A stretch of 64,000 nucleotides of DNA from an uncultured Alphaproteobacteria bacterium (lineage in GTDB: Bacteria > Pseudomonadota > Alphaproteobacteria > RF32 > CAG-239). A program made the translations under genes and the position numbers. The DNA lies in NCBI GenBank assembly GCA_944393665.1, contig CALYAX010000007.1:13937-77936 (forward strand), written 5' to 3'. Below the pieces are notes generated by a model that was not told the DNA's origin, did no database searches, and was given only the letters and a program-made list of their open reading frames with translations. Positions 46,443 through 57,725 of the stretch are shown piece by piece. Every line of letters begins with the position of its first letter. The first letter of the stretch is position 1.

Positions 46443-47240
46443 CTAATCAGCAACCATAATGTTGCGGCGTCCCTGCAGTGCCTCGTCAATAAACCTGACC
46501 TGCTCCATAATCATCGGATTGTCCGCAAATTTTTCATGAGCCTTGGCAAGGCGGGTTTCAAAATTGTCTTCTTTGCCTTTGAAGATATACATAAAGGCGC
46601 GGGTAATCGCTTTAACCTGTTCAGGCTCCATGCCGCTGCGTTTGAGCCCGATAACGTTCAACCCGCGCAGTTTGGCACGATCTGATGCTACAATGCCGAA
46701 CGGAATAACATCACGGTCAACACCGGACATACCGCCGATCATAGCTTTGCGACCGATACGGACAAACTGGTGAACCGCACAGTTACCACCGAGGATTGCT
46801 CCGTCACCGACACGGACATGGCCGCCGATAACAGCATTATTGGTCATAATGACATTGTTGCCGACAACACAGTCATGCGCCACATGGGAGTTGATCATAA
46901 ACATTCCGCCGTCGCCGACAGTGGTGGTAAAATGCTCTTTGGGCGTTCCGGCATGCATGGTGACATTTTCGCGGATAATATTGTTTTTACCGATAATCAG
47001 TTTGGCTTCTTCCTGAAATTCATTGCCATGATCCTGCGGGCCGGCTCCCAAAACCGCTCCCGGAAAAACGACAGTCCCTTCGCCAACGGTGGTATCGCCC
47101 ATAATCGTCACACGGCCGAGCAACTGAACATTTTCACCGATTTTAGCACGGGAACTGATCCAGCAAAGAGGACCGATTTTGGCCGAGGCAGCAATCTGGG
47201 CACCGTCTTCAACAACGGCAGAAGGATGAATATTGGACAT
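46443..47240 (-). CDS. lpxA: Acyl-ACP:UDP-GlcNAc O-acyltransferase
   Basis: Hexapeptide repeats. 'MSNIHPSAVVEDGAQIAASAKIGP'. Confidence 0.85.
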   Translation of the reverse strand: MSNIHPSAVVEDGAQIAASAKIGPLCWISSRAKIGENVQLLGRVTIMGDTTVGEGTVVFPGAVLGAGPQDHGNEFQEEAKLIIGKNNIIRENVTMHAGTPKEHFTTTVGDGGMFMINSHVAHDCVVGNNVIMTNNAVIGGHVRVGDGAILGGNCAVHQFVRIGRKAMIGGMSGVDRDVIPFGIVASDRAKLRGLNVIGLKRSGMEPEQVKAITRAFMYIFKGKEDNFETRLAKAHEKFADNPMIMEQVRFIDEALQGRRNIMVAD

Positions 47241-47420
47241 ACTTAGAGTTCCTTTTTTTTAAGAGTTACGTTGATTTCTTTATAACAGAAATATATTAAA
47301 CTTTCGTTGAGAAGTAAACACACAAATCTTTACAAACCTGAAATAATCCGGGGCAATTGGGGATTGACAGCTTAGCCGGATTTGACTAAAATCAGCCTGT
47401 ATATTTAAAATTAAAAAACT

Positions 47421-48044
47421 ATGAAAGAGATTATTTTTTTCGATGAAACGGAACGGGCGATTGCCAGTCAGGCAAAATTTAATGCCCGGGAATTATTAAC
47501 GTTTTTTCTGGCAGCCGGAACTTTTGGCTATTGCAGCGACGGAAACATATCAATGCCGGCCATACGGTTTTGGAATTATCTGAAACCCCAGCTGGCAGAA
47601 AAAGAAAATGAAATTGCCGCGCTGATGCAAAAACTGGTGACCCTGCTGACCGGCAAAAAAGAACTCCGGCTGCGCAAAACCAGCAGACTGATAGCCGAAA
47701 TGCTGTGCCGGCACTATTTATCCGAACCCGGCAGCAGCTCTCCCTATTATGAAGTATGGGAAACCCTGCTTAACCGGCTTGAGAGCCACAGCAGAAAAGA
47801 AAAAGGCAAAGTTTATTTTGACCTTTGGGCGTTCATTTGCGGAAACAGAACAATTCCGCAGCTAAAGGCCGCAAAAATTCTGGTTTTTTGGCCTCAGCTG
47901 GAAAATGTATTGGCTCAGTCCGAACGTGCCAAAGAAAAAGCTGAAAAAGCCCGCAAAAAAGCTATTGAAGCTCTGGAAAGCCTGGATGCCCTGTCTCCGG
48001 CCGAGCGTCATGAAGCAAAAATTGTGATTGCGGCTGGATTATAA
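47421..48044 (+). CDS. Hypothetical protein (207 aa)
   Basis: ORF with a bidirectional terminator at 48046-48078. Confidence 0.35.
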   Translation: MKEIIFFDETERAIASQAKFNARELLTFFLAAGTFGYCSDGNISMPAIRFWNYLKPQLAEKENEIAALMQKLVTLLTGKKELRLRKTSRLIAEMLCRHYLSEPGSSSPYYEVWETLLNRLESHSRKEKGKVYFDLWAFICGNRTIPQLKAAKILVFWPQLENVLAQSERAKEKAEKARKKAIEALESLDALSPAERHEAKIVIAAGL

Positions 48045-48092
48045 AAAACAACCCCGTTCAAATGAGCGGGGTTGTTTTAATGACAGGCAAAA

Positions 48093-48545
48093 TTATTCAA
48101 CAATCATTGCCGTGAATTCAGCCTCGGAAACCGGCTGGCCGTCAACATAATTGACACCTTTGAAAACAAAAATGTTGCGGCGCTCCTTAATTTTCTCAAC
48201 GTGCATTTTGAGCACATCGCCGGGCTTAACCGGTTTGCGGAATTTTACGCCGTCAATCGACATGAACAAAACGCCGGCGTTTTTGCCGTTTTCCTTTTTC
48301 TCACGGCCGGCAATAACAATCGCGCCCGCTGTCTGGGCCATCGCCTCGACCTGCAGGACGCCCGGCATAACCGGGTTGCCGGGGAAATGTCCCTGGAAAA
48401 ACTCTTCGTTCATGGTAACATTTTTGGTACCGATCCCTTTTTCGCCCGGAACCTCGACTTCTAACCTGTCGAGCAGCAAAAACGGATAACGGTGCGGAAG
48501 CATTTCCATAATTTCTTCAATGTGATAAATTTTATTTTCAGACAT
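48093..48545 (-). CDS. fabZ: 3-hydroxyacyl-ACP dehydratase
   Basis: 'LPHRYPFLLLDRL', 'FFQGHFPGNPVMPGVL'. Confidence 0.9.
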   Translation of the reverse strand: MSENKIYHIEEIMEMLPHRYPFLLLDRLEVEVPGEKGIGTKNVTMNEEFFQGHFPGNPVMPGVLQVEAMAQTAGAIVIAGREKKENGKNAGVLFMSIDGVKFRKPVKPGDVLKMHVEKIKERRNIFVFKGVNYVDGQPVSEAEFTAMIVE

Positions 48546-48559
48546 TGGTCTTTTAATCC

Positions 48560-49573
48560 TTATTTCTTTGAATTTTTTTGCAAGAATGCAACTTGGCGCA
48601 TAAAGTCCTTAATCGGAACCGCGGGAGTTCCCATTACGACAGCGCCGGGTTCAACATCGCGCATAATGCCTGATTGAGCGGCAATCTGCGCTCCGCTGCC
48701 AATCGTCAGATGGTCAGCAAAGCCGGTTTGTCCACCGCAGACAACATAATCGCCAAACGTACAGCTGCCGGCGATGCCGGTTTGAGAAACCAGGACACAG
48801 CCGCGGCCAAGTTTGATGTTATGCGCAACCATAACTAAATCATCGATACGGCAACCGTCGCCGATGACGGTGTCGTCCAATGCACCGCGGTCAATGCAGG
48901 TATTGGCGCCGATTTCAACATCGTTACCGATTATCACCCGTCCCAACTGCGGAATTTTTTCGTGCCGGCCCTGAATAAACATAAAGCCGAAACCATCCCA
49001 GCCGATCCGGACGCCGCCGTAAATATAGCAGCCGTTCCCCATCAGGCAATGGGAAATATGAGCATTAACGCCAATGCGGCAGTTGCTGCCGATCTCACAG
49101 CCGCGGGAAATGACCACGCCGGTCTCAAGAATGCAATTGGCGCCGATTTTAACATTTTCTTCAATCACCACATGGTCGCCGATAAAACAGTTTTCCCCGA
49201 TGACAGCCGATTTGTCAATAACCGCCGTGGGGCGGATTTCCGGCGCCGGAACCGGTTCCGAATACATGGCGCGGTTCAGTTTTAAAAAGGCCAGATGCGG
49301 GTTGGCAGCCGTAAGGATAATAATACCCTTCGGCATAAAGGGAAGCAGCTCCTCAGTGGTGACACAGGCCGAAGCTTTTATTTCTGCCGCTTTGGCTTTC
49401 TGCTTGCGGTCGTAGAAAAAACAAATTTCCCCCTCACCGGCATTCTGCATTGTTGCCAGGCCGGAAATTTTGACGCCGCTTTTACTTTCGTCAACCAATT
49501 TGGCATCGCAGATTTGTGCAATTTCAGCCAAAGCCATGGGAGCGTTGCTGTTAAAAAACCGGGTATCAACCAT
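48560..49573 (-). CDS. lpxD: UDP-3-O-acylglucosamine N-acyltransferase
   Basis: Left-handed beta-helix hexapeptide repeats. Synteny with fabZ and lpxA. Confidence 0.85.
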   Translation of the reverse strand: MVDTRFFNSNAPMALAEIAQICDAKLVDESKSGVKISGLATMQNAGEGEICFFYDRKQKAKAAEIKASACVTTEELLPFMPKGIIILTAANPHLAFLKLNRAMYSEPVPAPEIRPTAVIDKSAVIGENCFIGDHVVIEENVKIGANCILETGVVISRGCEIGSNCRIGVNAHISHCLMGNGCYIYGGVRIGWDGFGFMFIQGRHEKIPQLGRVIIGNDVEIGANTCIDRGALDDTVIGDGCRIDDLVMVAHNIKLGRGCVLVSQTGIAGSCTFGDYVVCGGQTGFADHLTIGSGAQIAAQSGIMRDVEPGAVVMGTPAVPIKDFMRQVAFLQKNSKK

Positions 49574-49593
49574 ATCTTTTCTCCATAAAGATC

Positions 49594-51855
49594 TTATAAG
49601 CGGGTTCCGAAATTCAGCCGGAAGACCTGGGTTTCATCGTAATTTTCCTTAACAATCGGGAAGGCAAAGTCAATATCAATCTGCCCCATCGGCGACAGCC
49701 ATTGGAAGCCGAAACCGGCGGCAACACGGGGACTGTCAGAATAATCGACATTTGCCCGGTTAAGGTTATCCGGTTTGCCGAGCATACCCATATCCACAAA
49801 GGTGCGGCCTTTAATACCCACCTCGTCCAAACCGATCGGGAACATCAATTCGCCGCCGGTGTATAACATCCAGTTACCGCCGAGGGCATCTTTGGTGTAT
49901 TTGTCACGGGCGCCGATACCGGCAACATCAAAGCCGCGAAGCGTGTTTCCGCCGAGATAATAGCGATTGCTCAAGCGAACGTCTTTTCCGCCGTATCCGG
50001 TAATGTAACCACCGTTAACAAAGAATTTGAACGTATAGTAATCGGCCAAAGTATAGTAAGCATAAGCCTTGGCATCAAACTTAAGATATTTTTCATCCCC
50101 GCCCAAACCAGCAACATCATTGCCGAAAGACAGGAAATATCCCTCTTTGGGATACATGGCGTTATCACGTTTATCATAGACAATTGTCTGGCCGATGGAA
50201 GAATCGTTATATTTTCCCTCTTCTTCTTTAATATAGATGGAAGCATCTTCATCAACATTGCTGATCTTATCCTGGCGGAGCGTATAACGAAGCTGCTGCG
50301 ACAGGTCATCGGTATAGTTCCAGCCCAGACGCAGGCGGCCGCCGGTGGTTTCGCTGTCATAAGACCCCTCGTCCTGATAATCCTGCTCGTTGCGGAATAA
50401 ATCAAAACCAGCCCGCAGGCGGCGCCCCATGAAATAGGGTTCGGTGAAGCTGAGATCATATTCCTGGCTGCGCTGCGAAACGCCGACATCAACCCCCAGA
50501 CGCTGGCCAAGGCCGCGGAAGTTATTTTCGACAACGCCGGCCCGGACCAAAGCCCCGTTGATGGTTGAGTAACCGACACCGACATTGAAATAACCGGTGG
50601 ATTTTTCCTCAACATTAACATTGATATCCGCCTTATTGTCATCCGTAGGAACGGTTTCGATATTTATTTTGCTGAAGTAATCCAGATTCTCAACGTTGCG
50701 GCGGGAATCTTTGATTTTTGAGTAGTTAAAGGCATCGCCCTCCTGAATACGGAACTCACGGCGAATAACCTTATCGTGGGTGCGGGTGTTGCCGGTAATA
50801 TTAATGCGGTCAACGAAAATGCGCTGTCCCTCACGGATGTTATAAATGATATCAATTTCTCCGGTATCGGTATTCTTTACCAGATCAGGCTCAACATCGA
50901 CGAAGGCAAATCCCTTGCGGCCCAATTCATCCGTAATTGCGGAAATGCTTTTTTCAACCTTCTCGGCATTGTACCAGTCGCCTGCCTCCTGCAACAACTC
51001 GGGACGCAGATCAGCCGTATTGACCTCGGCAATTTCCGAATTGATATCTATCTTGCGGATTTTGTAGCGTTTGCCTTCATCAATAACAAAGGTGAGAACA
51101 AAAGATTTTTTATCCGGACTCAGTTCGGCAATGGCGGAAATTACCCGGAAATCGGCATAACCGCGTTTTAAGTAAAAACGGCGCAGCATTTCCTTATCAT
51201 AATTAGTCTTTTCGGCATCATAATTTTCTGCCGAGGAGAAAATACGGTACCAGCGGCTTTCCTTACTCATAATCTCTTCCGCCAGATCATCATCAGAGTA
51301 ATGACGGTTGCCGACAAAATTTACTTTGGTGATGGTGGCCAGCGGGCCTTCGTCAATATTAAAAATCAGGTCGACGCGGTTCTGGTCACGTTCAATAATC
51401 TGCGGCTCTACCACCACGGCATAGCGGCCGGTGCGCTTATAGATGTCGAGAATACGCTGCACATCTTCCTGCACTTTGGCCCGGGAATAAGTTGAACGCG
51501 GCGCCAGCTGCACTTCGGCCTCAAGCATGGCATCATCGACCTTGTTGTTGCCGTCAAACAAAACCTTGTTGATGACCGGGTTCTCGGTAACTTTAATGGT
51601 CAGGAGCCCGTCTTTCCGAATATTCAAGCGGACATCGTTAAACAGGCCGGTGGCATATAACTGCTTCAATGAAGCGTCCAGTCTGGCGTCATCGGTTACC
51701 GCGCCTTTTTTTACTTCAACATAAGAAAGCACGGTTTCCGGCTCAACCCGTTCCAGGCCCTCGACCTTGATATCGCGTACATAGACAGATGCCGCCAGCG
51801 CCGAAGTGGAACTCAGCAGAACTGTCATGGTAGTCCAAAGTTTGAGCATTTTCAT
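49594..51855 (-). CDS. bamA: Outer membrane protein assembly factor BamA
   Basis: Signal peptide, POTRA repeats, C-terminal beta-barrel. Located upstream of rseP-cdsA-uppS. Confidence 0.9.
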   Translation of the reverse strand: MKMLKLWTTMTVLLSSTSALAASVYVRDIKVEGLERVEPETVLSYVEVKKGAVTDDARLDASLKQLYATGLFNDVRLNIRKDGLLTIKVTENPVINKVLFDGNNKVDDAMLEAEVQLAPRSTYSRAKVQEDVQRILDIYKRTGRYAVVVEPQIIERDQNRVDLIFNIDEGPLATITKVNFVGNRHYSDDDLAEEIMSKESRWYRIFSSAENYDAEKTNYDKEMLRRFYLKRGYADFRVISAIAELSPDKKSFVLTFVIDEGKRYKIRKIDINSEIAEVNTADLRPELLQEAGDWYNAEKVEKSISAITDELGRKGFAFVDVEPDLVKNTDTGEIDIIYNIREGQRIFVDRINITGNTRTHDKVIRREFRIQEGDAFNYSKIKDSRRNVENLDYFSKINIETVPTDDNKADINVNVEEKSTGYFNVGVGYSTINGALVRAGVVENNFRGLGQRLGVDVGVSQRSQEYDLSFTEPYFMGRRLRAGFDLFRNEQDYQDEGSYDSETTGGRLRLGWNYTDDLSQQLRYTLRQDKISNVDEDASIYIKEEEGKYNDSSIGQTIVYDKRDNAMYPKEGYFLSFGNDVAGLGGDEKYLKFDAKAYAYYTLADYYTFKFFVNGGYITGYGGKDVRLSNRYYLGGNTLRGFDVAGIGARDKYTKDALGGNWMLYTGGELMFPIGLDEVGIKGRTFVDMGMLGKPDNLNRANVDYSDSPRVAAGFGFQWLSPMGQIDIDFAFPIVKENYDETQVFRLNFGTRL

Positions 51856-51884
51856 CAGTTATATCCTTAAGTTAATAAAAAGCT

Positions 51885-53015
51885 TTATGAAAACCAGCGG
51901 TGAAACAGCCGGACAAAATCATTATAAGTCGCAAACAACATCAGCGATACGATTAAAAACAAGCCGAACCGGAAAACATAATCCTTCACACGTTCGTTTA
52001 ATTCGTGCCCGCTGAAAATCTCTATCAGGTAAATGACAACATGACCGCCGTCCAACAATGGAATCGGAAAAAGATTAATCAGGCCGAGGTTAATGGACAA
52101 CAGGGCCATAAAAATCAGAAAATCCAGGGCGCCGCTTGATTTGGTTATATCGCCCGACATTTCGGCAATGCGGATAATTCCCCCGACTTCTTCGGAACTG
52201 CGTTTGCCGGTAATCATCTGGCCGACCCCGCGCAAAGTCATGACGGTAATCCGCCAGGTTTCTTTAGAAGCATCGCTCAGGGCCTCAAAGACGGAAACAT
52301 CTTCCGGGGTAACTTCAACAACGTTCAGGGACTGAATCCCCAGCATCGGCTTAGCTCCGGCTGCCTGATTATTTTCAACTTCCAGAGGAATGCTTTTCAG
52401 CGGAAAAGACAAATGGATTATCTCATCGCCGCGTTTGATTTCCAAACTGACTTCCGGATTGGTATTGAGTTCAACCTCCTGGCGGACCTGGGCGAAACTG
52501 TCCACCGTTTTGCCGTTGACTTTCAAAATCCGGTCACCTTTTAAAACCCCTGCAGCCTGCGCGGCACCGCCGTCAATAACATCACCGACGACCGCAGGAA
52601 AATCGACCTTGCCCATAAAAAAGAAAACGCCGGCAAAAATCAAAATGGCAAACAAGTAGTTAGCCCCCGGTCCGGCAATGACAATAGCCAGTTTCTTAAA
52701 CGGATTTTGATAAGCAAAGGCATACTTTTTATCTTCTTCGGGCAATTCGGCCGACTCATCGGTGGAACTGGCGGCATCGCCATCTCCCAAAAACTTGCAG
52801 TATCCGCCGAGCGGTACGGCACAAAGTTTCCACTCGGTGCCGGAACGATCGCGAAAGCCCCAGAGTTTTTTGCCGAAGCCGAGCGAAAATTCCGCCACTT
52901 TGACACCGGTAAACTTGGCCATCAGATAATGACCAAGTTCGTGTACAAATACAAGAATACCTAATAAAACAATAAAAGGAACAACGTAGTAGACCGCGTT
53001 TATTAACCAATCCAT
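51885..53015 (-). CDS. rseP: RIP zinc metalloprotease RseP
   Basis: 'HELGHYLMAKF', a PDZ domain, 'LNLFPIPLLDGGH'. Confidence 0.85.
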   Translation of the reverse strand: MDWLINAVYYVVPFIVLLGILVFVHELGHYLMAKFTGVKVAEFSLGFGKKLWGFRDRSGTEWKLCAVPLGGYCKFLGDGDAASSTDESAELPEEDKKYAFAYQNPFKKLAIVIAGPGANYLFAILIFAGVFFFMGKVDFPAVVGDVIDGGAAQAAGVLKGDRILKVNGKTVDSFAQVRQEVELNTNPEVSLEIKRGDEIIHLSFPLKSIPLEVENNQAAGAKPMLGIQSLNVVEVTPEDVSVFEALSDASKETWRITVMTLRGVGQMITGKRSSEEVGGIIRIAEMSGDITKSSGALDFLIFMALLSINLGLINLFPIPLLDGGHVVIYLIEIFSGHELNERVKDYVFRFGLFLIVSLMLFATYNDFVRLFHRWFS

Positions 53016-53026
53016 AATTTTTGACC

Positions 53027-53812
53027 TTAATTCAACATAAATTTAACAAACAGGAAGACGAAAGGTGCGGCAAAGATCAGTCCGTCAACCCGGTCAAACA
53101 CGCCGCCGTGTCCGGGAATCAAGTCACTCGAATCTTTCAGGTTCAAACGGCGTTTAATCGCTGATTCAACCAAATCGCCGATTTGGGCGACAACGGCAAC
53201 AGCCGCGGCCCAAGCGCCGAACAAGATAATGCTGTTGTCTGGAACGCCGAGCCCCCACAAGTAAGCCGAACTGACGGCAAAGGAAAGAAACATACCGCCC
53301 AGCAATCCGGACCAGGTTTTATTGGGGCTGACAGAAGGGGCCAGTTTGGGACCTTTAATTGAGCAGCCGAAAACATAACCGCCGACATCAACAGCCCAAA
53401 CAGCCAGGACATACCATAAAGTCAGGCTGAACCCCGCCAGCTCATAAAGCCAGATCAGCGAACCGATACCGATGGAAATATAAGGAACGCCCAGTACCAG
53501 CAAATTGCGGTGAGCCTCGCCACGGGCTTTGAACCATACCAAGACTGTTCCGCCGGCAAGCATTATCCAATAGCCGGTCCAGGAGCCAAGCGCCACGGCC
53601 GAAGCCATGACAGCCGTGTAAGATACCGCATAAAAAGCACCGCGCACTGACGGAACCATCCGCGCCCATTCCCACGCCAGGAGCGCTCCGGTAATCAGAG
53701 CAAACAACTGGATATAAGGATAGCCGGCCCACAGACAGAAAATGGTAACCGGTACCAAGATCAAGGCGGTTACAATACGTTTGAGCAAAGAATTAAGTTT
53801 AGACCTTTCCAT
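53027..53812 (-). CDS. cdsA: Phosphatidate cytidylyltransferase
   Basis: Polytopic. C-terminal 'SAIKRRLNLKDSSDLIPGHGGVFDRVD'. Confidence 0.85.
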   Translation of the reverse strand: MERSKLNSLLKRIVTALILVPVTIFCLWAGYPYIQLFALITGALLAWEWARMVPSVRGAFYAVSYTAVMASAVALGSWTGYWIMLAGGTVLVWFKARGEAHRNLLVLGVPYISIGIGSLIWLYELAGFSLTLWYVLAVWAVDVGGYVFGCSIKGPKLAPSVSPNKTWSGLLGGMFLSFAVSSAYLWGLGVPDNSIILFGAWAAAVAVVAQIGDLVESAIKRRLNLKDSSDLIPGHGGVFDRVDGLIFAAPFVFLFVKFMLN

Positions 53813-54515
53813 AGCGTCGCTCCCGGTTAGAATAATCAGTCAATACGGCCTCCAGCTCAGCTTTGGTAAAGTCGGGCCACAGGGTGGGGGTGAAAAATAA
53901 TTCGGCATAAGCCAGCTGCCAGAGCAGGTAATTGCTGACACGCTGCTCACCGCTGGTCCGCAGCACCAGATCCGGATCCGGAATGTCTCTGGTATAGAGC
54001 ATATCAGAAAACATTTTTATATCAATATCTTCCGGCGAAATTTGCCCTGCTTTTGCCATAGCGGCTATTTTGCGGGCAGCGGCAATAATTTCCTGGCGGG
54101 ATCCGTAGCTCAGGGCAATGCACAGCGTCATTTTATTGTTGGCGGCGGTTTCCTGTTCCAGTTTTTCCATTTGTCCGGCAATATCAGAATCGAGCATATA
54201 CCGCTCTCCGATAAAACGAATCCGCACGCCGTTTTCCTGTATTTCTTTAAGATCAGATTTCAGATAGTCGCGCAGCAGCCCCATCAGTGTGTCGACTTCT
54301 TCGGGCGGGCGCTGCCAATTCTCGGTTGAAAAAGCATACAGTGTCAGGTATTTAATCCCCAGTTCCCCGCAGGCACGGGTAATTTCTTTGACGGTTTCGG
54401 CCCCTTTTTTGTGTCCCATAGCGCGGGGCAGACCGCGTTTTTGAGCCCAGCGGCCATTCCCGTCCATAATGATAGCAAGGTGCGCCGGCACCGTCTTTGT
54501 GGTCACGTTTGTCAC
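53799..54515 (-). CDS. uppS: Undecaprenyl-diphosphate synthase
   Basis: 'HLAIIMDGNGRWA', 'ALSYGSRQEI'. Confidence 0.9.
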   Translation of the reverse strand: MTNVTTKTVPAHLAIIMDGNGRWAQKRGLPRAMGHKKGAETVKEITRACGELGIKYLTLYAFSTENWQRPPEEVDTLMGLLRDYLKSDLKEIQENGVRIRFIGERYMLDSDIAGQMEKLEQETAANNKMTLCIALSYGSRQEIIAAARKIAAMAKAGQISPEDIDIKMFSDMLYTRDIPDPDLVLRTSGEQRVSNYLLWQLAYAELFFTPTLWPDFTKAELEAVLTDYSNRERRYGKV

Positions 54516-54528
54516 TTACGGCAGCCTC

Positions 54529-55092
54529 TTATACCTGAAGAATGTCTTTTTCTTTTGATGCGAGAAGCGAATCAATTTTCCTGATGGCTTCATCGGTCAG
54601 TTTCTGAATTTCATTTTCAAATCGTTTTTCATCATCTTCCGAGATGGCGTTATCCTTTTTAAGTTTTTTGATTTCATCCATCGCGTCGCGGCGGATATTG
54701 CGGACAGCCACCTTGCTGTTTTCAGAATATTTCCCGGCAATTTTGGTAAGTTCTTTGCGGCGCTCTTCCGACAACGGCGGAATCGGGATACGGATCAGCT
54801 GCCCGTCAGAAGCCGGGTTAAGCCCGAGGTCAGATTCCATAATCGCTTTTTCAACCGCTTTGGCCAGGCCGCGGTCCCAAACACTGACGGAAAGAGTCCG
54901 GGCATCGGGTACGGAAACAGTTCCGACCTGGGCCAGCGGCGTGGGAGAGCCGTAAGCCTCGACCATAATCCCGTCGAGCAGGCTGACATGCGCCCGACCG
55001 GCACGCAACGACCCGAAATCGGTCTTGAGTGCCTCGAGAGTTTTATCCATGCGGGTTTGCGTATCGTTTTTGATTGTATTAAAATCTGACAT
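54529..55092 (-). CDS. frr: Ribosome recycling factor
   Basis: 187 aa, 'MSDFNTIKNDTQTRMDKTLEALKTDF'. Confidence 0.9.
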   Translation of the reverse strand: MSDFNTIKNDTQTRMDKTLEALKTDFGSLRAGRAHVSLLDGIMVEAYGSPTPLAQVGTVSVPDARTLSVSVWDRGLAKAVEKAIMESDLGLNPASDGQLIRIPIPPLSEERRKELTKIAGKYSENSKVAVRNIRRDAMDEIKKLKKDNAISEDDEKRFENEIQKLTDEAIRKIDSLLASKEKDILQV

Positions 55093-55097
55093 TGTTT

Positions 55098-55817
55098 TTA
55101 TACCTCTTTCCTTATAATGGTAAAACGGCCTTTGCCTGCGACGGCTTTTTCCAAAGCATCATCACCATGCTGGTTAAAGACCACAATCGGGATATTATTT
55201 TCGCGGGCAAGCGCCACGGCAGCAATATCCATCACTTTAAGCTGGCAGGAAATAACCTCGTCAAAGCTGATGGTTTCGTAACGTTTGGCCTGCGGATTTT
55301 TCTTGGGATCAGAATCATAGACGCCGTCAACCTGGGTGGCTTTCAAAATGACATCGCACCCCATTTCAGAGGCGCGGAGAGCCGCGCCGGTATCAGTCGT
55401 AAAATACGGGTTTCCGGTTCCGGCGGCAAAAATAACCACCCGCCCTTTTTCAAGATGGCGGAGAGCACGGCGGTAAACGTAATGTTCACAGACCTCGGGA
55501 ATATTCAGCCCCGACAAGACCCGGGCCGGCGTATCCAGATTTTCAAGAGCGTTTTGGATATACAAGGCATTCATTACCGTGGCCAGCATACCGACATGAT
55601 CGGCCACGGTGCGGTTCATTCCCCCGGAGGCCTCTTTGGCGCCGCGGAAAATATTGCCGCCGCCGACAACAATGCAGACCTCAACGCCGGAATCCTGAAC
55701 GGATTTAATCTGCCGGGCAAGATTTTGAATAACGGCGGGGTCCATGCCAAAAGGCTTGTCACCCATCAGGCCTTCGCCGGAAAGTTTGAGCAAAATACGT
55801 TTATAAATCGGTTTCAT
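55098..55817 (-). CDS. pyrH: UMP kinase
   Basis: '[12 protein letters not shown]', '[10 protein letters not shown]'. Start trimmed to 'MKPIYKR'. Confidence 0.85.
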   Translation of the reverse strand: MKPIYKRILLKLSGEGLMGDKPFGMDPAVIQNLARQIKSVQDSGVEVCIVVGGGNIFRGAKEASGGMNRTVADHVGMLATVMNALYIQNALENLDTPARVLSGLNIPEVCEHYVYRRALRHLEKGRVVIFAAGTGNPYFTTDTGAALRASEMGCDVILKATQVDGVYDSDPKKNPQAKRYETISFDEVISCQLKVMDIAAVALARENNIPIVVFNQHGDDALEKAVAGKGRFTIIRKEV

Positions 55818-55965
55818 ACCAGACTCATCTTTATTAATTTGTTTCAATATTAACGATTTTATCGGCTTTGTCACCAAATATTTACACTTATTATTAAAAA
55901 GGTTGCAAAAACAGAGTGAAAAGTTTATCAAGAATGCAGGAAGAACTTTTGACAAGGAATTTATC

Positions 55966-56607
55966 ATGACCCTTATGACTACTTTGTTAAGCTGGGGCGG
56001 AATCGGTTATCTGCTCGGCTCAATTCCTTTTGGTCTGGTTTTATGTTATCTGGCCGGATACGGCGACATCCGTAAAATCGGCTCAGGAAATATCGGCGCA
56101 ACCAATGTTCTGCGTACCGGCAACAAAACCCTGACGCTTTTAACGATTATTCTGGATGCCTCCAAAGCGGGTATTGCAGCTTATCTGGCGTTCCGTCTGG
56201 TTAAACCGGAACCGGTTATCTTTCTCGGCATGAGCACGACAGCCAATATTGCCGCCTCGCTGATTGCCGGATCACTGGGCGTTATCGGCCACAATTTTCC
56301 GGTTTGGCTGAAATTCAAAGGCGGCAAAGGCGTTGCTTCGGCTTTTGGCTTTATTGTCGCCACCTGTCCGGCGGTAGGGCTTTTGGCCCTGGTTACCTGG
56401 GTTGTTATGGCGTTTGCAAGCCGGATTTCCTCTTTATCGGCTTTGACAGCAGCTGCTTTGGTTCCGGTTTATGCTTATTTTTACACCCAGCCGATGTACG
56501 CAGCTTTTTACACCGCCATTGCCCTGCTGGTGATTGTCCGCCATCATGCCAATATCGGGCGGCTGCTGCGCGGTGAAGAAAGCAAAATCAAGTTCAAAAA
56601 GGACTAG
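55966..56607 (+). CDS. plsY: Glycerol-3-phosphate acyltransferase PlsY
   Basis: '[14 protein letters not shown]'. RBS AAGGAA 7 nt upstream. Confidence 0.85.
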   Translation: MTLMTTLLSWGGIGYLLGSIPFGLVLCYLAGYGDIRKIGSGNIGATNVLRTGNKTLTLLTIILDASKAGIAAYLAFRLVKPEPVIFLGMSTTANIAASLIAGSLGVIGHNFPVWLKFKGGKGVASAFGFIVATCPAVGLLALVTWVVMAFASRISSLSALTAAALVPVYAYFYTQPMYAAFYTAIALLVIVRHHANIGRLLRGEESKIKFKKD

Positions 56608-56612
56608 GAACG

Positions 56613-57716
56613 GTGGCTGCCGCTGCCGACATAATCGACTGCCTGCGGCTGATTAATTCGCCGCGCGTGGGAGCAGCGACTTTTTATAAACTGATCAAAA
56701 ATTACGGGTCGGCGGCAGCGGCCCTGGAAACCCTCAAGTCGCCCTGCCCGGCCGCCTGGGCGGAAGAAGAAGCCGAACGTGCCGAAAAAGCCGGTATTGA
56801 ACTTGTGTTATATACTTCTGAAGCTTATCCCCAAAACCTGAAAAATATCGATGCGGCTCCGCCGGTTCTGTATGTCCGCGGGCAGACGGAATTTCTGAAT
56901 ACACCGCTCAGCCTGTCGATTGTCGGGGCCCGCAACGCCAGCATAAACGGCCGTAAAACCGCTTCCCGAATCGCATATGATCTCTGTGAGCAAAAGGTGA
57001 TGATTGTCTCCGGGATGGCACGGGGCATTGACAGCGCCGCCCATAAGGGAGCCATGTATGCCCTTCATCAAAAAGGTCCGACCATAGCGGTGCTGGGAAC
57101 CGGAGCCGATATCCCCTACCCGGAAGAGAATCGGAATTTGTATGAGCAGATTGCCGGACAAGGGGCAATCGTTTCGGAATTTCCGCTCGGGACCTTGCCT
57201 TCTGCCAATAATTTCCCCCGGCGCAACCGGATCGTGGCTGCTTTGTCGCAGGCTGTTTTGGTGGTGGAAGCAACCGCCAAGTCCGGTTCGCTGATTACGG
57301 CAGGACTGGCGGAAGAACTGGGGCGAAAAATTTTTGCGGTACCCGGAGCGCCGACTGACGCGCGGGCCAGCGGCCCCAATCATTTGATTAAGTCCGGCGC
57401 TGTTCTGGCGGAAAACGCGGCGGATATTCTGCCGGTTTTAAAAATGCTGCCGCAGGGACCGGCCCTGAAAGCTGCAAGAATGCCCAAGCCCCGGCAGCGG
57501 GAATTGTTTGTTCCCGCGGCGGCAAATGAATTCACAACCGAGGAGCCTGTCAAATCAAAAATCATTGACTATCTGAACCGAGATGGAGTATACGTGGACG
57601 AGATTATCCGCGCCAGCGGGCTGGATCAGGCCGTCATCAACCTGGAACTGCTGCAGCTGGAAATGAGCGGCAGGATTACCCGTCTGCCCGGCAATAAGGT
57701 TGCCCTGATAAAGTAA
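56613..57716 (+). CDS. dprA: DNA processing protein DprA (Smf)
   Basis: 'SGMARGIDSAAHKGA', Rossmann-like core. smf-topA synteny. Confidence 0.8.
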   Translation: MAAAADIIDCLRLINSPRVGAATFYKLIKNYGSAAAALETLKSPCPAAWAEEEAERAEKAGIELVLYTSEAYPQNLKNIDAAPPVLYVRGQTEFLNTPLSLSIVGARNASINGRKTASRIAYDLCEQKVMIVSGMARGIDSAAHKGAMYALHQKGPTIAVLGTGADIPYPEENRNLYEQIAGQGAIVSEFPLGTLPSANNFPRRNRIVAALSQAVLVVEATAKSGSLITAGLAEELGRKIFAVPGAPTDARASGPNHLIKSGAVLAENAADILPVLKMLPQGPALKAARMPKPRQRELFVPAAANEFTTEEPVKSKIIDYLNRDGVYVDEIIRASGLDQAVINLELLQLEMSGRITRLPGNKVALIK

Positions 57717-57725
57717 GGAAATAAA

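Noticed and set aside
49971-50642. 223-aa ORF antisense within bamA
   Set aside because: It is nested in the strongly supported bamA reading frame. No independent support.
55092-55853. 253-aa plus-strand ORF overlapping pyrH
   Set aside because: Antisense to pyrH, which has canonical UMP-kinase motifs.
56808-57383. 191-aa minus-strand ORF inside dprA
   Set aside because: Antisense shadow of dprA.
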